Shown here one piece after another: positions 1 through 5,196 of a DNA stretch of 64,000 bases (positions within the stretch are counted from its first letter, which is position 1; every line of letters starts with the position of its first letter). The stretch lies in the IMG/VR virus record IMGVR_UViG_3300033388_000817. One strand, 5' to 3'. The position numbers were made by a program, and so were the translations under genes. Below the pieces are notes generated by a model. The model worked only from the letters and a program-made list of their open reading frames with translations. It did not search any database and had not been told where the DNA came from. The DNA is from an uncultured virus (IMG/VR IMGVR_UViG_3300033388_000817). Its lineage: Duplodnaviria > Heunggongvirae > Uroviricota > Caudoviricetes > Crassvirales.

Positions 1-175
1 AAGAAGCTAATTGATCGCCATTAGGCAACACAAATTGTCTTGTGCCGTTTTTCTTCTGTCTTTCAGTAGTCATTTCTTTGATATTATACTCTACAAACAT
101 ACGTTTAGCAAATAAATCTACTAATTCTGCACGTCTTTGTTTCCAATTCATATGCTCTTGTTCTAAATCTCTCAT
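1..175 (-). CDS. small hypothetical protein (runs off window start)
   Basis: AACTATG start at 175 directly downstream of promoter motif copy 196-227; reads MRDLEQEHMNWKQRR... Confidence 0.6.
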   Translation of the reverse strand, partial: MRDLEQEHMNWKQRRAELVDLFAKRMFVEYNIKEMTTERQKKNGTRQFVLPNGDQLAS

Positions 176-192
176 AGTTTTAATTTAATTTA

Positions 193-402
193 TTATATTA
201 TCGATTCTTCTTCGTATTTAATTTGTAAATTCTCTAACGCTATTTTATAACCAAAGTTAATTGCCATTTGCATTAGTAAAATATCCATAGAACCTTGATT
301 AGCTTTAGCAAATGATTCTAGATAGTTCCTGTCTTTCGGCGTAGCTACGATACCTCGATCGAGCTTTGCCATTTCGCTTTTTATATATTTATTTATTTCC
401 AT
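193..402 (-). CDS. small hypothetical early protein
   Basis: 69-aa ORF, co-directional with the cluster. Confidence 0.7.
   Translation of the reverse strand: MEINKYIKSEMAKLDRGIVATPKDRNYLESFAKANQGSMDILLMQMAINFGYKIALENLQIKYEEESII
196..227 (-). promoter_or_regulatory. putative phage early promoter, copy 1
   Basis: Minus-strand consensus TACAWA-N3-AATACGA-N9-GATAATA, identical spacing in six copies. Confidence 0.75.
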
Positions 403-409
403 ACATAAT

Positions 410-562
410 TTATTCTTTTACCCACTCTACAATTTCTTTACACGTTTCTAAGACGTCTTCAAAGTAATCATTTTCTAAGTAATCTGGATCTTCATCGCCT
501 GCGGCGTCTGAGTATTTAATAGTGTTTAACAACTCATCTAGTTGTTGGTAAAGATATTTCAT
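410..562 (-). CDS. small acidic hypothetical protein (50 aa)
   Basis: Manual translation MKYLYQQLDELL...IVEWVKE*, AACTATG start. Confidence 0.65.
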   Translation of the reverse strand: MKYLYQQLDELLNTIKYSDAAGDEDPDYLENDYFEDVLETCKEIVEWVKE

Positions 563-588
563 AGTTATATTTTTAAATTAGTAATATT

Positions 589-655
589 TTAACAGTAGGC
601 ATTGCGACTCGGTAACGCTGCACCCTTCTTGTCCAGGCTTGGTACCTACTGTTAA
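589..655 (-). ncRNA. structured RNA module closed by a 13-bp stem
   Basis: UUAACAGUAGGUA/UGCCUACUGUUAA (one G-U pair on the minus strand) enclosing a GC-rich interior. Confidence 0.6.
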
Positions 656-659
656 TTAG

Positions 660-763
660 AGGACGTGGCAGGAATCGAACCTGCGTTACTGTATATGAGT
701 TAGTGGGCTACTGTCTTGCAGATTTACGCGCTAACTTCCAACAGCCTAACCATCTTCACGCCC
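660..763 (-). ncRNA. tmRNA-TLD-like, anticodon-less tRNA-like RNA
   Basis: Acceptor stem GGGCGUG/CACGUCC with G3-U70; T-arm GCAGG-UUCGAUU-CCUGC; D-loop-like UGGUUA without a D stem; long arm CUGU..AGUUAG/CUAACU..ACAG. Confidence 0.75.
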
Positions 764-768
764 AAATA

Positions 769-840
769 CCCAGACATTTCCTAAGCGCGGTGCACCACTG
801 TAATTAAACCGGTGCGCGTCTTTGTTATTTATTCGCTGGG
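769..840 (-). ncRNA. structured RNA module
   Basis: CCCAG/CUGGG closing stem, A-rich internal bubble, GCACC/GGUGC hairpin with loop containing UUAAUUAC. Confidence 0.55.
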
Positions 841-844
841 CTAA

Positions 845-954
845 TACAGTTATCTCTGTTTCCACGAGTTCATAACGATCCCTCGCCGCTTCAACAATCG
901 GACTTCCACCGTGCATGCAGTTAATTACTCTGCAACCCGTGATACTGCACTGTA
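845..954 (-). ncRNA. multi-branched structured RNA module
   Basis: UACAGU..UAUC/GAUA-ACUGUA closing helix; hairpins UGCAG-AGUAAUUAA-CUGCA, CGG-UGGAAGU-CCG (T-loop-like) and CGAG..CUCG. Confidence 0.55.
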
Positions 955-1032
955 CTACAATCATCGAGCCGACGTCACGCTGTACCTCGTCGTTAGACTT
1001 CTCGCTGTACTTGGTCGCCTTTAATCATGTAG
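955..1032 (-). ncRNA. structured RNA module with two hairpins sharing the loop motif GUACAGCG
   Basis: CUACA/UGUAG closing stem; GAC-CAAGUACAGCGAGAA-GUC and CGACG-AGGUACAGCGUGA-CGUCG. Confidence 0.55.
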
Positions 1033-1036
1033 CCTT

Positions 1037-1120
1037 GTAACTAGTGAGGATTCGAACCTCATACCCGTCGGTAGCCCGAGTCGCGAAGCCTGTCTTGCGT
1101 CTCTAACCTGACCTAGTTGC
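1037..1120 (-). ncRNA. anticodon-less tRNA-like RNA
   Basis: AACUAG/CUAGUU acceptor-like stem; T-arm UGAGG-UUCGAAU-CCUCA; D-loop-like AGGUUA; long arm GAGACGC/GCGACUC. Confidence 0.7.
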
Positions 1121-1121
1121 C

Positions 1122-1195
1122 GCTAGCTATTCACTTATGTACACACGTATCTCCTCCCTGAGTTCCTATGTGTCTAATTAAGCTACTCGTCTAGC
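1122..1195 (-). ncRNA. long irregular hairpin with a loop-E-like motif
   Basis: GCUAG/CUAGC, internal loop AGUA/GAA, GCUUA/UAAGU, ACACAUA/UACGUGU, CUC/GAG. Confidence 0.55.
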
Positions 1196-1383
1196 TATTT
1201 ACGTCGCCAAGCTTTGTGCACTGATGCACTTACTTCTTGGCTAACGACTTGTATTGTATTACCTGTTTTATGGTTTATTATAGGTATATAACTATAATCC
1301 TGAACTGTGCTACAAGGAACACATGTTTTATAACCATAATTTACTCTAATAGGGTGCACTACTGTGCCGCATTTACAATACAT
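1195..1383 (-). CDS. small zinc-ribbon-like protein (CxC...CxxC)
   Basis: MYCKCG...KTCVPCS; first gene after promoter copy 2; its stop codon abuts the RNA array. Confidence 0.75.
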   Translation of the reverse strand: MYCKCGTVVHPIRVNYGYKTCVPCSTVQDYSYIPIINHKTGNTIQVVSQEVSASVHKAWRRK

Positions 1384-1409
1384 AGTTTTATTTTTATTTG
1401 TTACAGTTA

Positions 1410-1441
1410 TATTATCAATAACTATTCGTATTATATTTGTA
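1410..1441 (-). promoter_or_regulatory. putative phage early promoter, copy 2
   Basis: Same 32-bp motif. Confidence 0.75.
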
Positions 1442-1607
1442 ATAACTTATTAAGAGCAACATTTATTACATATTGTTTCATTTCTTGATAGTCATCACCG
1501 TCAAGTGGTTGGTCGGCTAGTTGCCAATCAACACTATCTTCAATAATTTCTTTTATGTGATCCGCTACACCCTGTGCAATCGTATCTAGTTCTTTCATTT
1601 TACTCAT
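1431..1607 (-). CDS. small acidic hypothetical protein (58 aa)
   Basis: Manual translation MSKMKELDTIAQG...NKLLQI*. Confidence 0.65.
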   Translation of the reverse strand: MSKMKELDTIAQGVADHIKEIIEDSVDWQLADQPLDGDDYQEMKQYVINVALNKLLQI

Positions 1608-1608
1608 G

Positions 1609-1743
1609 TTATTTAAATTTATCTGCTACTTCGTATATTTCTTCTTTGTCTTCTGAATCTAGTCCAGGTGTTTGCTGAGCGTACATACGTAGTACATAAT
1701 GTACAAAAGTGCAGTCGTTTTCTGTTAGTTTAAGTGTTTTCAT
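1609..1743 (-). CDS. small hypothetical protein (44 aa)
   Basis: Manual translation MKTLKLTENDCTFVHYVLRMYAQ...DKFK*, abutting the next gene. Confidence 0.6.
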   Translation of the reverse strand: MKTLKLTENDCTFVHYVLRMYAQQTPGLDSEDKEEIYEVADKFK

Positions 1744-1861
1744 TTAATCTTGTTCTAATAATTCATATATTTCGCTAAGTGTCATTTCGTCCACTTCACA
1801 TTTCTTATAATTCTGTTGTACCCACCATTTAGACCACGCTAAATTCCATGGGTTAGTTTCT

Positions 1862-2122
1862 TTAGTTTCCACGTTGTATAAATTCTTCATTAGTTACCAT
1901 CCATTCACAGTTTATTATTTGATGTCCTGCGCCGTATAAAAACGATTCACAAGATTCTGTATCTGGATTCCATTCATTTTCTTTTGTACATAATGCGCTA
2001 ATGTCATATCTATACGCTTTACCATCTGTAAAATCTAATACAAATATATATTTAGCTGACTCATCTGCTACTGTTATTTTTTCTTCTTGCATATCATGCC
2101 ACTTTTTTATTGTATCGCTCAT
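1862..2122 (-). CDS. hypothetical protein
   Basis: ORF track 1862-2176; likely start MSDTIKK at 2122, overlapping the upstream stop. Confidence 0.65.
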   Translation of the reverse strand: MSDTIKKWHDMQEEKITVADESAKYIFVLDFTDGKAYRYDISALCTKENEWNPDTESCESFLYGAGHQIINCEWMVTNEEFIQRGN

Positions 2123-2373
2123 GTTTTTACTATTTCTATTAATTGTTTTACTGAATATCTTGATTGATGTTTCCACATACGGTTGTGAGTGAACTTTCGT
2201 GCTTTGGCCGAATAGGATTTCTTGCCGTTAATTTGTACGCGAGTGTACTCTGCATCTGTGAGTCCACTACACCTGCCGTCATGTGCGTGCTTGAGCCTAT
2301 GCACTCTTGCACGATTTTGTTGCGCCTGTTTAGCATAGAGACACAGTTCTTTCATGTTAGTTGGATTAGACAT
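2119..2373 (-). CDS. basic hypothetical protein
   Basis: 84-aa ORF overlapping both neighbours by a few nt. Confidence 0.65.
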   Translation of the reverse strand: MSNPTNMKELCLYAKQAQQNRARVHRLKHAHDGRCSGLTDAEYTRVQINGKKSYSAKARKFTHNRMWKHQSRYSVKQLIEIVKT

Positions 2374-2569
2374 AAGACCAGATTGTAGGTTTGTGTTCGA
2401 TATAAGTTAATCCTTGGTAGTTAAACCACGAGTTAATACCTTCTTGATCTTTATCGCTATTGTAGATGAAGGCAAATCTATTTGGTAATTCGCCAACATT
2501 GTAACCTTTATAGGTTATGTTGTTTAATTTGATAGTAGTTTTGTCTACTTGTTTGATTATATTTTGCAT
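2366..2569 (-). CDS. hypothetical protein
   Basis: 67 aa, AACTATG start after promoter copy 3. Confidence 0.7.
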   Translation of the reverse strand: MQNIIKQVDKTTIKLNNITYKGYNVGELPNRFAFIYNSDKDQEGINSWFNYQGLTYIEHKPTIWSYV

Positions 2570-2583
2570 AGTTTAATTTATTA

Positions 2584-2615
2584 TATTATCAATAGTTAAT
2601 CGTATTTCGTATGTA
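2584..2615 (-). promoter_or_regulatory. putative phage early promoter, copy 3
   Basis: Same 32-bp motif. Confidence 0.75.
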
Positions 2616-2858
2616 TTATAGTACGGATTTATCTGTACCTTGAAATGCTTTATGAGCATTGTGAGTAGCATAATTAGCTATTCCTTGTCTGAATTGCCAT
2701 TCACGCTTACGATATTCGTAGTCAGTACACCATTTGTACATAGCTATACTTGAAGTACAAGGTTTGTACTTAGTTTCAAACTCTTTTATTTGATTTAATT
2801 TATCAGTGATTAGACCTTTAGCGTCTAGCTCTTTAAATTTAGTATCTTGAAATTGCAT
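2616..2858 (-). CDS. hypothetical protein
   Basis: 80 aa, AACTATG start. Confidence 0.7.
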   Translation of the reverse strand: MQFQDTKFKELDAKGLITDKLNQIKEFETKYKPCTSSIAMYKWCTDYEYRKREWQFRQGIANYATHNAHKAFQGTDKSVL

Positions 2859-2862
2859 AGTA

Positions 2863-2997
2863 TTATTTATTAGTATTTTGATAAAATGTTATTCTTTCTT
2901 GAACGTCTTCACGAGTTATCTCGCCGCTCATTTGTTTTAGTATGTCGCTTGACATATCTATTTGTTTACCGTTAGGTAGATTTAGTATAAATTGCAT
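2863..2997 (-). CDS. small hypothetical protein
   Basis: Likely start MQFILNLP at 2997; the ORF-track upstream extension overlaps the mini-tRNA. Confidence 0.65.
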   Translation of the reverse strand: MQFILNLPNGKQIDMSSDILKQMSGEITREDVQERITFYQNTNK

Positions 2998-3020
2998 AGT
3001 ATTATTATTTAAGTTATTAT

Positions 3021-3064
3021 TAGTAGACATGGTGAGAATCGAACTCACGTTAACCATTATGTCT
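3021..3064 (-). ncRNA. mini-tRNA-like element (acceptor stem plus T-arm, no anticodon arm)
   Basis: AGACAU(A) AUGGUUAAC GUGAG-UUCGAUU-CUCAC (C)AUGUCU ACUA. Confidence 0.75.
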
Positions 3065-3076
3065 TTTTTATGTACA

Positions 3077-3196
3077 CTAGTAGAAATCGTAGTAGATATC
3101 CATAACTTTAGACTTTTGCTCGTCAGTTAATTTAGTGTAATGCTTGTCGTATAGTCGCCAAGATATTTTTAGTAATGTGTATGAAAATGTAGACAT
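3077..3196 (-). CDS. small hypothetical protein (39 aa)
   Basis: MSTFSYTLLKISWRLYDKHYTKLTDEQKSKVMDIYYDFY*, AACTATG start after promoter copy 4. Confidence 0.6.
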   Translation of the reverse strand: MSTFSYTLLKISWRLYDKHYTKLTDEQKSKVMDIYYDFY

Positions 3197-3232
3197 AGTT
3201 ATATTGTTTAAAGATTATTAATTAGTTTATTG

Positions 3233-3264
3233 TATTATCGATTTTGAGTCGTATTTAGTTTGTA
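3233..3264 (-). promoter_or_regulatory. putative phage early promoter, copy 4
   Basis: Same 32-bp motif. Confidence 0.75.
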
Positions 3265-3369
3265 TTGGTTTTTCGTAGTTCTCATCATTGAGAGTTCCAA
3301 AGAGTAGCTCGTCAAAATATTCTTCACGAGCTATAAATCTCTGTTGTAGTTTGCTATAGTAACTTTTCA

Positions 3370-3579
3370 TTAGTAGCAGATTTGACAGTTAATAGAATCC
3401 ATCGCTGAATAATCAACTTGGCCTGTTATCATCATAAAGATGAAGAAGGTAATTCCACCAATCGCTAATGGCATTAGTAAACCGAAAGCTATTACTTCCG
3501 CCACAACTTCTGTTAGTGGCTTTGATTTTACGTATTTAGTTACTGCAGGAATAAATCCTCTGAATTTGAAATTTGACAT
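3370..3579 (-). CDS. small membrane protein
   Basis: Hydrophobic segment VIAFGLLMPLAIGGITFFIFMMI; AACTATG start. Confidence 0.7.
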   Translation of the reverse strand: MSNFKFRGFIPAVTKYVKSKPLTEVVAEVIAFGLLMPLAIGGITFFIFMMITGQVDYSAMDSINCQICY

Positions 3580-3596
3580 AGTTATAATTTAGTTAT

Positions 3597-3642
3597 TAGT
3601 TGTCATAGTGTGAATCGAACACACTCGAGTACCATAATGACA
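3597..3642 (-). ncRNA. mini-tRNA-like element (acceptor stem plus T-arm, no anticodon arm)
   Basis: UGUCAU(U) AUGGUACUCGA GUGUG-UUCGAUU-CACAC (U)AUGACA ACUA. Confidence 0.75.
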
Positions 3643-3762
3643 TCGCTGTTTTCAACATTGTTTAGACAGGTGATGTACACAGCTTAACGCGCCTGTATAA
3701 TATCCAGTTTAGCCTGTTGCCTGCTCGGTTCGGATAGTCACCGTTTGGTAAAGAAGTAGTAG

Positions 3763-3993
3763 TTATACTACCTCTTTATCTCTTAGTACAACTGGCACAC
3801 TAGTTGAAGAAGTGTAAGAGCCATACTTTTCAAAGCAATTTATAGAAGATAATTTGTCTTTCATAATTTCATACACTTTATCGTGATTGTAAGTGAATGA
3901 TTTGCCTGATTTAAATTCTACATTGATAGTAGTATTTTTGCCGATTAAAGATTTTCTGATGACGAATCTTTTTGAAGTAATTGAATTTTGCAT
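3763..3993 (-). CDS. hypothetical early protein
   Basis: 76 aa, AACTATG start after promoter copy 5. Confidence 0.7.
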   Translation of the reverse strand: MQNSITSKRFVIRKSLIGKNTTINVEFKSGKSFTYNHDKVYEIMKDKLSSINCFEKYGSYTSSTSVPVVLRDKEVV

Positions 3994-4040
3994 AGTTAAA
4001 AGTATTTATTATTATTATTAGTATTTATTAGTTACATTAT

Positions 4041-4072
4041 TATTATCATTATGTATTCGTATTAAGTTTGTA
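4041..4072 (-). promoter_or_regulatory. putative phage early promoter, copy 5
   Basis: Same 32-bp motif. Confidence 0.75.
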
Positions 4073-4205
4073 ATAACTTGTATTGAAATCTTTGAAAGTA
4101 ATATATTTCATTTAGTATACACTTTGGCATTACATTTTGTATAATTACTTCTGGATTTTTTATTAGAAATAATTCTATTGATTGTATGTAAGTTATTCGT
4201 TTCAT
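4062..4205 (-). CDS. small hypothetical protein (47 aa)
   Basis: MKRITYIQSIELF...KLLQT*, AACTATG start after promoter copy 6. Confidence 0.5.
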   Translation of the reverse strand: MKRITYIQSIELFLIKNPEVIIQNVMPKCILNEIYYFQRFQYKLLQT

Positions 4206-4224
4206 AGTTAGTTTGTTACATTTA

Positions 4225-4256
4225 TATTATCATTATAACTTCGTATTAAGTATGTA
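4225..4256 (-). promoter_or_regulatory. putative phage early promoter, copy 6
   Basis: Same 32-bp motif. Confidence 0.75.
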
Positions 4257-4276
4257 AAATAGTTTAGTAGTAGAAT

Positions 4277-4383
4277 GTGACAAGATGTCATACCACTATG
4301 TCACTATGTCACTAACAATAGTATATTAAATATATGACGTAATGTCATGACAATCAGTCATATGTGTCATGTCAATGTGTCAT
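4277..4383. repeat. cluster of TGACA/TGTCA boxes, including TGACA-N3-TGTCA palindromes
   Basis: TGTCA at 4286, 4299, 4307, 4343, 4365, 4370, 4378; TGACA at 4278, 4348. Confidence 0.8.
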
Positions 4384-4615
4384 ACAGCTAAATCTCACAA
4401 GGAAAAGAAGAGCGAGACAGGATAATAACCTTGAAATCTAGGTAGAAAAGTCTAAACCCCCCGCTCGGGGCCCTGAAAAGTCGCATATATGACATGGAAA
4501 ATCCTAAAACGCACGCGGACCCGCAAATTTGAAACCCATTTCTCGTAGGGAAAAAGAAAGCGAGGATAGGGGGCAACACCATACCCCTATATTTGTAACA
4601 ACTTTTTTAAAAACA

Positions 4616-4660
4616 GTGACATAAGCCTTATAATATAGATAAGTAACACCCTATTGTCAC
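4616..4660 (+). promoter_or_regulatory. GTGACA...TGTCAC-bounded regulatory element (second copy at 62941-62986)
   Basis: GTGACA-N-GCCTTATAA-N4-ATAAGTAA-N8-TGTCAC upstream of the structural operon. Confidence 0.65.
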
Positions 4661-4728
4661 ACTTTATGTAAAAACACTTCAAAACCTGTAATGATATAGA
4701 CTAAAGAAAACAAACAAAAACTAACTAA

Positions 4729-5187
4729 ATGTCTATAATTCAAAGTTATCCAAAAGGTACGCCTAAAAAAGAAGATTATGTAATAGGTACATCTATACCT
4801 ACGGCTAATTCTGATGAAACGCCAACTACTAGAAACTTTTTAGTAGGATCAATAGTTGATCTAGCAAATAGTACAAGTTTAGGTTACACATCATACGTAG
4901 CTTTAATAAGTCAAACAGGAACAAACGATCCTATAGCTACACAATTAGCTAACACAACTAATAAAACATTTACATTCACTAGAGCATCAAATGGAAGTTA
5001 TAGCATAATCGCATCAGGTAGTTTGTTTACCTCAGGTAAAACTATAGTGTTTTTAAATGGAGGCGCTGCAGAAAATAATCATGACGTAGCGTGGCTAAGA
5101 GTAAGTGATACTATTATAAACCTAGAAACACATAACAGCGACAATAAATTTACAAACGGTTCTTTAGAAATAAGAATATACTCATAA
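4729..5187 (+). CDS. putative virion/tail-fibre-associated protein
   Basis: 152 aa, T/S/G-rich; N-terminus resembles the next gene (I-x-SYP). Confidence 0.6.
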   Translation: MSIIQSYPKGTPKKEDYVIGTSIPTANSDETPTTRNFLVGSIVDLANSTSLGYTSYVALISQTGTNDPIATQLANTTNKTFTFTRASNGSYSIIASGSLFTSGKTIVFLNGGAAENNHDVAWLRVSDTIINLETHNSDNKFTNGSLEIRIYS

Positions 5188-5196
5188 AATTAACAC

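Noticed and set aside
845..954. RNase P RNA similarity (GGUGGAAGUCC, GAAACAGA)
   Set aside because: Too short, and the P4 pairing partner is not evident; better read as a T-loop hairpin.
746..964. 72-aa minus-strand ORF inside the RNA array
   Set aside because: No A-rich AACTATG-type start, atypical composition, and it crosses several RNA modules including the tRNA-like acceptor stem.
589..1036. Theta/HDV-like ribozymes downstream of the tRNA-like elements
   Set aside because: I could not find the P3/L3 UCCNCGY signature on the minus strand.
660..1120. Calling the T-arm elements ordinary tRNA genes or a two-piece tmRNA
   Set aside because: There is no D stem or 5-bp/7-nt anticodon arm. Each acceptor 3' strand pairs with its own upstream 5' strand, so the gene is not permuted. 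No tag reading frame was seen.
3095..3130. Hammerhead ribozyme core CUGACGA on the minus strand
   Set aside because: No stem II or GAAA follows, and it lies inside the 39-aa ORF 3077-3196.
196..4256. CRISPR array interpretation of the 32-bp repeats
   Set aside because: Irregular spacing of hundreds of bp, variable internal positions, genes between the copies, and no cas genes.
4388..4582. 64-aa minus-strand ORF
   Set aside because: Lies in the strand-switch region upstream of all early promoter copies, with atypical composition.
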